Source: Promethearchaeota archaeon Loki_b31
GTDB taxonomy: Archaea; Asgardarchaeota; Lokiarchaeia; Sigyniarchaeales; SOKP01
Direction of reading: 5' to 3'
Assembly (NCBI GenBank): GCA_005222975.1
Contig: NJBI01000034.1
Span: 1 to 38,318, forward strand
Length of the DNA: 38,318 nucleotides
Position numbers and translations under genes: made by a program. Numbering within the stretch: the stretch's first letter is position 1; each line of letters opens with the position of its first letter. Of this stretch, positions 28,914 to 38,065 are shown piece by piece. The notes beneath the pieces are model-generated. The model saw nothing but the letters and a program-made list of their open reading frames with translations, did no database searches and was not told the DNA's origin.

Positions 28914-29351
28914 TTATGAATAAATAACACTTATATTTTTAAAATTTTCGCTACTGATTAGAACATCTAACTTTTCTAAAATCATATCTGAGGTAAGTTG
29001 AGTATTCGGTTGATTAAATGGCCAAATACCAATTAAAATATCTCCTAGTTTTTTTACATTCCCAATTAAAAAACCTTCCTTTTTTCCATCTAATAAAGAT
29101 GTGTAGAGAATAACGATATAATAATTAAAATTATAATTTATAGCTACATCTCCACTTTTTATTACTTCTCGAATGTTTTGAAAATTTATTACATTTTGAC
29201 GCTTTTGACTTAATATTTTTAGAGACGAAAAATATTGAGAAGGAATATTAATCGGTTTATCAGAGATTATGCTTTTAAAAGTTAATGAATACGATTCATT
29301 TTTATCTCCTTTAGTCCCCTTAAAAATTACATTATAAAATATTGCACTCAT
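28914..29351 (-). CDS. hypothetical protein
   Basis: 145-aa ATG-initiated ORF; no recognised motif. Confidence 0.65.
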   Translation of the reverse strand: MSAIFYNVIFKGTKGDKNESYSLTFKSIISDKPINIPSQYFSSLKILSQKRQNVINFQNIREVIKSGDVAINYNFNYYIVILYTSLLDGKKEGFLIGNVKKLGDILIGIWPFNQPNTQLTSDMILEKLDVLISSENFKNISVIYS

Positions 29352-29420
29352 TATCTCTTTTTTAATATTAAAATAAAATAAAAAAAATGCAAATGAACTA
29401 TCGTTACTATTATTATTTTA

Positions 29421-29765
29421 TCATTTTTTATATGGTTTCTTCATCATCCCTTGTTGAATGATAATATTTTCTTCAGGGAAGCCCAAGTCAATTAAAAATT
29501 TTTTCAACTTGAACTTGTGGTCGCCTTGAAGTTCGATTAAATTTTCTCTAACAGTTCCTCCAGAAGCACATTTCTTTTTGGCTTGCGTAAGGATATCCTT
29601 TAAGTTTGCGTCTATATTTCCTTCGAAGGTGATAACTGTAACCACACGCCCCCATTTCCTTCGATCGTTAGAGATAATAATTTGTTGTTCATCTGCGCTT
29701 AAACTATCGCATATACATAGGTCTTTCGGAAAACTACATACCGGACAAATGTCTTCTTCTTTAAT
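29421..29765 (-). CDS. sui1: translation initiation factor aIF-1 (SUI1), probable ATT start
   Basis: Frame extends upstream of the track ORF: (I)KEEDICPVCSFPKDLCICDSLSADEQQIIISNDRRKWGRVVTVI...KKKCASGGTV....IELQGDH; an in-frame TGA lies four codons above ATT at 29765. Confidence 0.9.
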   Translation of the reverse strand: MKEEDICPVCSFPKDLCICDSLSADEQQIIISNDRRKWGRVVTVITFEGNIDANLKDILTQAKKKCASGGTVRENLIELQGDHKFKLKKFLIDLGFPEENIIIQQGMMKKPYKK

Positions 29766-29992
29766 ACTCCTTTTTCACAACCTTTATTATTGAAACTTAT
29801 TAAAATACAGTACTAAAAAATAATAGAACTAAATCTTATAAAAACCTTTTTTTATTTTGTTTTTGTATAATTTTAAAAATGTTAAGTTTTTATAAGGAGT
29901 TGATTAATTTGGTTTTTAGGTTTTATTATTAACAACACTATAAAAATAAATTCTTATTTAATATAATTAAAAAAAATAATTCATGAAAAAAA

Positions 29993-30517
29993 ATGATGAG
30001 TTCATGGATTTTTAAAGTGATCGTAGCAGGAGCAGGTGGTGTGGGAAAAACTGCTATGGTGACTCGATATTGTACAGGAAAATTTGAAGAAGGCTATAAG
30101 ATGACTATAGGTGCGGGATTTCACACAAAGTCAGAAGTCCTTGACACAGGAGAGTCCGTAAAAATGCAATTATGGGACTTCGCAGGAGAAAAACGCTTCC
30201 GAGAGCTTTTACCAGACTATTGTAAGGGTGCTAGTGGAGCTTTTATTTGCTTTGATATAACGGATTACGACACTTTCAGAGAAATTCAAGGTTGGCTAAA
30301 AATTATTCGCAAAAAAGCAGGTTTTGTACCTATTATTCTTATGGGTATGAAGTGGGATTTATCGAACCACGAAGTGGATTTCGAAATCGCAAATGAATAC
30401 TCCCAAAATGCTAAATGCAATCAATGCGTTTTCACTTCTTCAAAAGAAAATATAAACATAAACGAATCGTTTCAAGCCATGGCAAAGTGGCTTATATTTT
30501 ATGCAAGTCAAGCGTAA
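29993..30517 (+). CDS. Rab/Ras-like small GTPase
   Basis: G1 GAGGVGKT, G2 YKMTIGAGF, G3 WDFAGE, G4 variant MKWD, G5 TSSK; no CAAX motif. Confidence 0.92.
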   Translation: MMSSWIFKVIVAGAGGVGKTAMVTRYCTGKFEEGYKMTIGAGFHTKSEVLDTGESVKMQLWDFAGEKRFRELLPDYCKGASGAFICFDITDYDTFREIQGWLKIIRKKAGFVPIILMGMKWDLSNHEVDFEIANEYSQNAKCNQCVFTSSKENININESFQAMAKWLIFYASQA

Positions 30518-30831
30518 TTTACCCTATTTTTAGAAATTGCCATTTTCCCGTCAAAATAAGAAGTAGAGCCGTTTGATGACGGCTTTAGATTATAAGAAGA
30601 TTTACTCTCTCAGAAATATGCCAATTGAGTCAATATACCCGAGAATAATAAGTAAATAAAGAAAAAATAATTAAGGAGTCAATTTCTTAGTTTTAATGCA
30701 TTCTTAAAAAACATTTTCACTAAGGAAATTTGAAAGAATTCATATTCGTAAACTTTTTTAATTTTATGACTTAGAGATCATTATATATGATAAAAAAGTT
30801 TAATATAAAATTAAATGGAGATTAGAGATAT

Positions 30832-32439
30832 ATGTGTGCTCAGTTAAGTGGCGTCCCTATAATTATTTTAAAAGAAGGTACAGAAAGAAAACAAGGAAAG
30901 GACGCCCAAAAAAATAATATAGCTGCAGCTAAAGCGGTAGCAGAAGCAGTAAGAACAACACTTGGGCCTAAAGGTATGGATAAAATGCTTGTTGATTCTT
31001 TAGGAGATGTAACAATAACGAACGATGGTGCAACGATCTTAGACACTATTGATATTGAACATCCAGCGGCTAAAATGATAGTCGAAGTTGCTAAAACGCA
31101 AGATGATAAAGTTGGTGATGGAACTACTACGAGCGTTATCATTTCTGGAGAATTATTGAACCTTGCCCAAGAGTTAATGGACCAATCAGTTCACCCGACG
31201 ATAATAATCAGAGGTTATAGAAAAGCTTTAGTAAAGTCTAAGGAAATATTGAAAGAACTAGCTACTAAAATTGATATTAACGATAAAGAGACTTTATTGA
31301 AAGTTGCAGGAACTTCAATGAATAGTAAATTAATTACGGGAGTTAAAAGTCATTTTGCAGATATTGCTGTTAAAGCGGTAAACCAAATAAAAGAAAAACG
31401 TGGAGAACGTATTTTAATCGATTTGGATCAAATTCAAATGATAAAAAAAGAGGGAAAAAGTCTAATAGATACAAAAATCATAGATGGAATTATAGTGGAT
31501 AAGGAAATTGTACATCCTATGATGCCAAAATCTCTCAAGGATGCAAAAGTTGCATTAATTAACTCCTCTCTTGAAGTTCAGAAAACTGAATTTGATGCCG
31601 AGATTAGAATTCAAACACCTGATCAAATCAATAAATTCCTTGAAGAAGAAGCGAAAATGCTTAAATCCCGCGTTAACAAATTAAAAGAAGTTGGAGTCAA
31701 TGTTGTGTTTTGTCAGAAGGGTGTTGATGACAAGGCACAAAACTTTCTTGCCCAAGAAAACATCATAACGATTCGTAGAGTTAAGAGATCTGATATGGAA
31801 AAACTTGCTCGAGCTACAAATGCAAAAATAGTCAACAACATCTTCGATATTTCAGCTGCGGACTTAGGTAAAGCAGGAAAAGTAGAAGAAAAGAAAATTG
31901 GGGATGAAAATATGATTTTTGTATCAGAGTGTATTGATCCTAAGGCTGTGAGTATATTAATAAGGGCTGGGATTGAACATGTTGTAGATGAAGCTGAAAG
32001 AATGTTCGATGATGCATTATCTGTAGTAAAAGCAGTAATTGAATTGCCTTACATTTTACCGGGGGGTGGAGCCTCTGAAATTGAGTTAGCTAAACGATTA
32101 AGAGCTTATGCCCGTTCAATAGGAGGTAGAGAACAATTAGCAATTGAAATCTATGCTACCGCCCTAGAGATAATTCCTAAAACATTGGTTGAAAATGCGG
32201 GGTATAATCCTGTTGATTTGATTGTAGAATTACGCTCAAAACATGAATCAGATGAAGGAAACGCGTACGGTATTAATATTGATACTGGTAAACCTGATGA
32301 TATGATGAAATTGGGTGTTATTGAACCATTAATGGTATTAACTCAAGCTATTCAATCAGCAACCGAAGTTGCTTCTATGATTTTAAAAATTGACGATGTA
32401 ATTGCTGCTTCAGGACTTTCGAAACACTCTGAAGATTAA
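30832..32439 (+). CDS. ths: thermosome (group II chaperonin) subunit
   Basis: [43 protein letters not shown]. Confidence 0.97.
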   Translation: MCAQLSGVPIIILKEGTERKQGKDAQKNNIAAAKAVAEAVRTTLGPKGMDKMLVDSLGDVTITNDGATILDTIDIEHPAAKMIVEVAKTQDDKVGDGTTTSVIISGELLNLAQELMDQSVHPTIIIRGYRKALVKSKEILKELATKIDINDKETLLKVAGTSMNSKLITGVKSHFADIAVKAVNQIKEKRGERILIDLDQIQMIKKEGKSLIDTKIIDGIIVDKEIVHPMMPKSLKDAKVALINSSLEVQKTEFDAEIRIQTPDQINKFLEEEAKMLKSRVNKLKEVGVNVVFCQKGVDDKAQNFLAQENIITIRRVKRSDMEKLARATNAKIVNNIFDISAADLGKAGKVEEKKIGDENMIFVSECIDPKAVSILIRAGIEHVVDEAERMFDDALSVVKAVIELPYILPGGGASEIELAKRLRAYARSIGGREQLAIEIYATALEIIPKTLVENAGYNPVDLIVELRSKHESDEGNAYGINIDTGKPDDMMKLGVIEPLMVLTQAIQSATEVASMILKIDDVIAASGLSKHSED

Positions 32440-32482
32440 TTTTTATTAATTTTTTATTTTTATTAGATCATCTATATTTTTG

Positions 32483-32944
32483 TTAAAATTTATTCAATTT
32501 TTTAAATTCAACTCCCCATGAAAATTTTGAGAGTATTAAATCAGCGTAAGTATGAAATTTTGTAATATAAAGCGCTGCCGCTAATGCCTCAACAGAGCTC
32601 AATTTTTCCCATTTGCCATAATTTACTGGGTTTGTGGCGATAAGTGGCGGTAATCTTCTACTGTTTTTTAAGTTAAAGTTTTTCAAATTGAAAATTTTTT
32701 TCCAAGAGCAATCCACGACAATAAGACCGTACTTCAAAATAAGCTCCCTATCATTATCATTTATTACTTTTTTAGAAAAGGGATTTAAAAAAATAGCATT
32801 ATAGTTTCTTCCTTTAATTTTAGACACGATTTTTAGCAAATTGAACCTTGCTAATTTTAAGGCTGTGCATTTTTTCTTATCACATTCATTAAAATGGAGA
32901 CAAAACAGTTTTGGAATAGATTCTTCCAAATTAGATTTAATCAT
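32483..32944 (-). CDS. tsr3: SSU rRNA aminocarboxypropyltransferase Tsr3 (DUF367)
   Basis: ECDKKKCTALKL, VVDCSW, RRLPPLIATNPVNYG...LSSVEALAAAL, FSWG.EF. Confidence 0.93.
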   Translation of the reverse strand: MIKSNLEESIPKLFCLHFNECDKKKCTALKLARFNLLKIVSKIKGRNYNAIFLNPFSKKVINDNDRELILKYGLIVVDCSWKKIFNLKNFNLKNSRRLPPLIATNPVNYGKWEKLSSVEALAAALYITKFHTYADLILSKFSWGVEFKKLNKF

Positions 32945-33935
32945 ATTTAAAACTAGTTAATACATTTACCGATTTTATAAAGTTTTCAGTAGTTCGCTCA
33001 GTCCCAATTATTTTCATTATTGAAAATATGATATTTCGGGATTCACACATAATTGGAATTCCCCCGTATGTCAATGTGAAGAGACCTATAAAAGAAATCT
33101 CTTCCATGTTTAAAGTCCCTTTCACTTCAGAAAACTTTAATTTTCCAGAAGGACAAGTAATAATTCCGTAAAAATTTTCAGGATCTTGCCCAGAAATTGC
33201 TACATAACATAATAACTCACCGATTGAACTGCTTTCAGATTCTTCTTTCATTTTTTGAAAAGCAACATTAGCACTGGCTGAAAATGCCTCAACCGAAATT
33301 GGTAAATTTCGGCCACTAACTTCCCTAGCATCTAAAGTTAAGCCTGTTGAGCATACAAGACTATACCTTATATATATAGGGTTTTGTATTGAGTCCAAAA
33401 CATAACTTATTGCTGGCAATAGATTAGTAGAATCAAATTTTTCTGGAGAATAAGATGCGAAAGGAACTTCAGACCCCATACCAAAGAGGTAAATCGCACT
33501 TCGTACTTTGTTTGAAAAATATTCAAGATCTCTCTCAGTTTCATTACTACTACCAAAAAAATCTCCTAATTTCTGTTTTATATAGTACATAGAACTTGCT
33601 AAATTATCTGCATCTAATGGCCATTCTTTGTGATAATCATGAACAATTGTTAAGAGAGTTTGATTTATCCTAATCGTTATTAAACAAACCTTATCAAAGA
33701 ATGAAAACGAAATAACTTGATCCTTAATATTCATATCTTCCCAACTCTCTTCGCTCGCAGAAAACGCTGCTGAAGCTAAACTAGTAATACGATTAGGATT
33801 TATCTCAATATCACTTTTCCTTCCAATTTTAGCTATAGAAAGCCCATTCAAATCACATAAGATTACCAAAATTGTACCTTGAGATGCCCTCAAGATTGAA
33901 GTCAAATATTTTATTAACGAATCTCTTACACTCAT
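32937..33935 (-). CDS. tandem roadblock/LC7-domain protein
   Basis: Two copies of the roadblock pattern (ILCDLNGLSIA...ITSLASAAFSASE; LVCSTGLTLDA...AFSASANVAFQ). Confidence 0.7.
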   Translation of the reverse strand: MSVRDSLIKYLTSILRASQGTILVILCDLNGLSIAKIGRKSDIEINPNRITSLASAAFSASEESWEDMNIKDQVISFSFFDKVCLITIRINQTLLTIVHDYHKEWPLDADNLASSMYYIKQKLGDFFGSSNETERDLEYFSNKVRSAIYLFGMGSEVPFASYSPEKFDSTNLLPAISYVLDSIQNPIYIRYSLVCSTGLTLDAREVSGRNLPISVEAFSASANVAFQKMKEESESSSIGELLCYVAISGQDPENFYGIITCPSGKLKFSEVKGTLNMEEISFIGLFTLTYGGIPIMCESRNIIFSIMKIIGTERTTENFIKSVNVLTSFKYD

Positions 33936-34134
33936 AAAAAAACCTAACTTTTTTATCTAACCTTATAATTCTATCTGCTTTAATAACAATAATCTTAATT
34001 CTTAAATATTTCTTACTTTTATTTTCAACTATCGATTTAATCGCAAATAAAATTCCTCCTTTAATTAACTAAAAAATTTATTTACTTTTTCGCATTTTAA
34101 ATACTAAAATAACTACAATATTTGTTATTTTAAT

Positions 34135-34219
34135 GCGGGAATTGCCAAGCCTGGTCTACGGCGCTGGACTTAGAATCCAGTCTCAGAGGAGTTCGAGGGT
34201 TCAAATCCCTCTTCCCGCA
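34135..34219 (+). tRNA. tRNA-Leu(TAG), intronless
   Basis: GCGGGAA/TTCCCGC+A acceptor, anticodon arm CTGGA-CTTAGAA-TCCAG, long variable arm, GAGGG-TTCAAAT-CCCTC. Confidence 0.97.
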
Positions 34220-34297
34220 TTTGTTGTATTATTCTTTAGATAATTTTTATATTTATAAATGACTCTCTTGGTAAAATAAAAAAAGAAATATGGGTAA

Positions 34298-36544
34298 TTA
34301 CTTCTTAAGTTTCCTTTTGACAAGGATTAAAGTTACAGCGAGAGTTACTCCGATTAGAGCGATTAAGTTATATCCAGGGATTCTAGGAGGGATTGGTGGT
34401 TCACTCGATATTTGTTTGATCACCTGCACTTGAGCATTTCCCATCCCTGCGGTACTATTCACATAGAATATGATGGTCACGATGCCATCCGTAAGTTTAT
34501 CCCATTCGTTTTGATCGATAGTTCCCGTAAGACCGCCCGCGGTGATGTTCGTTGCCCCACCATCAAGCGTATACCAAATAGTATCATAAAGCCCCGTAAT
34601 TGAGATATCATACTCAGGAGCTGATGTTCCGAAAATGTCACTGTCGGAAGGTGAACTAATGGTAATCTCTGGAGGAGCAGTGTTTACCGAGAAATATCTT
34701 AGATTCGATTCGTACATCGTTCCTAGTGTATCATTTCCAAACACTTGAATCGAGTATACTCCATCTGAAGGCATTGGAACGGTTGTATTTCCTAAAATTG
34801 TTCTATTATTTGCGCCATTTAATGAATATCCTTTCCAATCTAAATTAGTTGTATTAGCATAACTCAATAGTAATCCCTCGTTCAAATTATCCCCGATATT
34901 GTAGTCTGGATCCCATGAATAGCCCACAGCATCAACATAACATGAACCAATGTTAGCCCAGTCTGCATTTATATTCATGGTTCCAATGTTACTTACAGCA
35001 GTTGTAAAATTACCATCGTCCACTCGTAAAACTCCATCAATGTACCAGTCATAGGTATCTGTAACAGCATCGAAAATCATTTTATGATGATACCACTGGT
35101 TAGCGACATAGGATTGAACGATATTATCTTGCATGTCTAAATAATCACCATCTTGCATTTTAAGCTTGCCAACACCAGTTCCTAAAGTTCCTTCATAAAA
35201 TAAATAATCAATCATATTAGATCCTGATGCAGAAGTACTCCACCACCATTCAATCGTACCAGATTGTTGCGGTGAAGTAAAATGATTACGTGCTTCAGCA
35301 TTGCCAGCCGTATTTGCATCATAGATGCGTAGAACTTTATTATGCCCCTGGAAATTGTTGACAATATCCACATAACAATTACTCTGAATACTGTTTGTAG
35401 AGTCGACATATGCAATATCTGTTCTTGAAGTCCCATCCATTTCATTTTCAAATCCATATGTCGCGGGATAATAGCCACTCATCGGTTCCGTGTACGTTTT
35501 ATTTTCAGGAGTTACAATATTAAGGTAGGGATTTGTATCCACTGTAAAGTATCTTAGATTTGATTCGTACATTGTGCCCATCGAATCGTTTCCGAACATA
35601 TGAATCGAGTGGAGTCCATCATCAAGCACCGGGATGGTAGTATTTCCCATAATAGTCTTATTAGTTTGCCCATCTAAGGAATATCCTTTCCAATCCAAAT
35701 TGGTTGTGTTTTCATAGCTAAATAAAATTCCCTCATTCAAATTATCTCCAACATTATAATTTGAATCCCAAGAGTACCCAACAGCATCCGTATACATATG
35801 AAAATTATCATATCGCCAATTTTGATGAATAATAATATGTGAAACATTGGAGTGTGATGAGATCATCTGAAAATCGCCAAATTGAACACCATTTACGAAA
35901 AATCTCCATTTATACTGAGCTAAACCATAGTGATTGCCAGTCCCACATTCAAATTGAATCCTTAGGTGATACCATTGATTGTTATTTGCGGTATAGGAAA
36001 CTGGATACCACTCCGTACTATTCATGAATTGAAATGTATTATCCATCATCCGAACTCCTGCGATTGCGTATTGATTAAAAGTGCCACTTTTCAGATGCCA
36101 TGCACTTTCTTGACTAACATCTGTAGTTCTTGCCCAAAATTCGATGGTTCCATATTCTTGAACGGACTTAAAATATTGATTGATGTTATTATTATCTCCA
36201 TAAGTATTTCCTTTATCCATATGAAGCACTTTCTTATGGCCGTCCAATTCGGTAATTATCTCATTAAACATAATTGGATCACCTTTTACTTCCTCCCATT
36301 CTTCTGGTATTGTGCCATCTTCATCATTTTCAAATCCATATGTTGCAGGGTAGTAACCGCTCATTGGCTCGGTATATGTTTTATTTTCAGGAGTGACGAT
36401 GGTTATTTCATCAGCGCTCGATTTTGGAGTCTCAAGCTTATATTGAGGTGTAAAACTTTGATTTAGCGTCCCAGCTACCGTAAGCGAAAGAATTAGGATA
36501 AGAAGGCTGATATTAATATTAGCATGTGACTTTTTTATTTTCAT
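34298..36544 (-). CDS. secreted/surface protein with two tandem ~294-aa beta-rich (LamG/ConA-like plus Ig-like) units and a Loki-CTERM-like sorting tail
   Basis: N-terminal signal/TM segment; PENKTYTEPMSGYYPATYGFEN repeated 882 nt apart; GTIE.W and NQWYH motifs; C-terminal IPGYNL-TM-KRKLKK. Confidence 0.88.
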   Translation of the reverse strand: MKIKKSHANINISLLILILSLTVAGTLNQSFTPQYKLETPKSSADEITIVTPENKTYTEPMSGYYPATYGFENDEDGTIPEEWEEVKGDPIMFNEIITELDGHKKVLHMDKGNTYGDNNNINQYFKSVQEYGTIEFWARTTDVSQESAWHLKSGTFNQYAIAGVRMMDNTFQFMNSTEWYPVSYTANNNQWYHLRIQFECGTGNHYGLAQYKWRFFVNGVQFGDFQMISSHSNVSHIIIHQNWRYDNFHMYTDAVGYSWDSNYNVGDNLNEGILFSYENTTNLDWKGYSLDGQTNKTIMGNTTIPVLDDGLHSIHMFGNDSMGTMYESNLRYFTVDTNPYLNIVTPENKTYTEPMSGYYPATYGFENEMDGTSRTDIAYVDSTNSIQSNCYVDIVNNFQGHNKVLRIYDANTAGNAEARNHFTSPQQSGTIEWWWSTSASGSNMIDYLFYEGTLGTGVGKLKMQDGDYLDMQDNIVQSYVANQWYHHKMIFDAVTDTYDWYIDGVLRVDDGNFTTAVSNIGTMNINADWANIGSCYVDAVGYSWDPDYNIGDNLNEGLLLSYANTTNLDWKGYSLNGANNRTILGNTTVPMPSDGVYSIQVFGNDTLGTMYESNLRYFSVNTAPPEITISSPSDSDIFGTSAPEYDISITGLYDTIWYTLDGGATNITAGGLTGTIDQNEWDKLTDGIVTIIFYVNSTAGMGNAQVQVIKQISSEPPIPPRIPGYNLIALIGVTLAVTLILVKRKLKK

Positions 36545-36915
36545 TTTAGTTCACGCTTCAAAATTTTTGTCTTAAATGAATTAAAGTATATCTAGATAAG
36601 GCTATATTTATACTTGACTCTCCTAATAAAACCCCTCGTTGTTGTTGAAAAACTAAATAAGGAGCTAAGAAGGTAGAAAGGGGATTCCAAAGATAGATTA
36701 AGAGATTAATATTATCGAAAATTAACTTCAGCGAAAATTCAAAATGCACAAATTAATATTAATATCCAAAATTTTTAGCAATATACAATCCCCCTCCTTT
36801 TCGCAATTTATATTATAAAAAAATTTAAAATCAAGCGTTAATTAGAAAAATATATTTAGAATCGTTTTTGTTCAATTTTAAGAATTAGTTTGATATAAAC
36901 GAAAATAAAAAGTAG

Positions 36916-37047
36916 GCCTTCGTAGTGTAGTACGGCCAAGCTTTCCTTAAAGGAAAGGGCTTCGCATGCTAGGCTTTCACCCTGGTGACAATACGGACCA
37001 AATCGGATCGCATCATTAGCCGGGTTCGAATCCCGGCGAAGGCACCA
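36916..37047 (+). tRNA. tRNA-Glu(TTC) with two introns (21/22: 36940-36963, 24 nt; 48/49: 36990-37019, 30 nt); CCA encoded
   Basis: GCCTTCG/CGAAGGC-ACCA, CTAGG-CTTTCAC-CCTGG, CCGGG-TTCGAAT-CCCGG; both inserts fold as bulge-helix-bulge motifs. Confidence 0.92.
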
Positions 37048-37088
37048 TCAGAAATTGGTGGAAAGCATTGGAAATCAACCAAATCTGT

Positions 37089-37249
37089 GCCTCCGTAGCT
37101 CAGCTAGCAAGTACAGAGCACTGTTTCGGTGTGCTTGGCTAAGTAGAACAATGTAAAATTGTATCAAAAGCACTCGGCTAAACGGTGATTTATCACTGTT
37201 CCGAAAGTTAACCGAGCGGTCCCATGTTCGATCCATGGCGGGGGCGCCA
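37089..37249 (+). tRNA. tRNA-Asn(GTT) with three introns (18/19: 37108-37142; 22/23: 37147-37168; 33/34: 37180-37206); CCA encoded
   Basis: Predicted spliced product GCCTCCG TA GCTC AGCTAGGTA GAGC A CTCGG CTGTTAA CCGAG CGGTC CCATG TTCGATC CATGG CGGGGGC G CCA (77 nt). Confidence 0.9.
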
Positions 37250-37264
37250 AATCTCTCTCTTTAT

Positions 37265-37447
37265 TTACTTTCCTTTTAATTCTTTTATTTTGTGAAGTTC
37301 TTCAAGACCTAAATCGCTTATTAAGATGTGTCTATCGTTATGCTCACTTGAGACGATAATAAGTTCTTTATTAACAAGCTTTACGAGATTTTTTCTAACA
37401 TTTTGCGTAATTACTCCAACGCTCTCAGCTATATCTTTTGTTCTCAT
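37265..37447 (-). CDS. short winged-HTH protein or gene fragment
   Basis: TKDIAESVGVITQNVRKNLVKL...LI......R...ISDLG pattern; probably N-terminally truncated. Confidence 0.55.
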   Translation of the reverse strand: MRTKDIAESVGVITQNVRKNLVKLVNKELIIVSSEHNDRHILISDLGLEELHKIKELKGK

Positions 37448-37449
37448 TC

Positions 37450-37862
37450 AGATCTTTACGGACATATATTCAATTGCCGATTTAGGCGGCCATTCATTCC
37501 TTAATATAAAAATAGGGAATGTCGAATTTTTAATTACCGATCCCATTAATATATTTCCATTATTTATGATTACTTTCGAATTGGGCAGGATTTCCCTGAG
37601 AAAAACTAAAGGGGATGACTTATTGTTTAAGGATATCATACTAATATCCCTTGTGGTATCGTTTTTCGGTTTCTGTTTTCAGCCTATAATCGACTTTACG
37701 GCAGCAGCAGTAGGTTTTTATTATTATAGGACACCTCCCGAATTAAATATATTCGGCTTTCCCATAATTTTCCTCTTTGCGTTTTCTATTTATGGATTGT
37801 TTGCTTTCATTTTCCTGCTAATCGAATCTCATTACAAAAAAATGAATCAAGAGATAAATTAA
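37450..37862 (+). pseudogene. C-terminal part of a multi-pass membrane protein (weakly CruF/DUF422-like); start unclear
   Basis: Several TM segments; QPIIDFTAAAVGFYYY...IFGFPI; the 5' part of the track ORF is antisense to the wHTH ORF. Confidence 0.45.
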
Positions 37863-38065
37863 CCTAAATTTTATGATTTCTCCCGTTTTATGATTCCAAA
37901 CAATTAGAGAATAGCATGTTAAAGAGAGAAGTCTTCGCCTATCTTTTGAAAAAAGTTTTGATCGCAATTTGAAGAAAATTTGGTTTTCTTTTTTTAAGAA
38001 TCCTAGAAATTACATAGGTAAATTAATCTGTAGAATTTAAATAGGTGATTTTAAATAAAATATAG

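Noticed and set aside
34135-36916. Integrated provirus or island at tRNA-Leu(TAG)
   Set aside because: No integrase and no duplicated tRNA 3' end (att site) were seen; only one cargo-like gene is present.
37448-37639. In-frame TGA just before the wHTH ATG as possible selenocysteine or readthrough
   Set aside because: The upstream ORF is antisense to the membrane-protein ORF; there is no redox motif and no recognisable SECIS.
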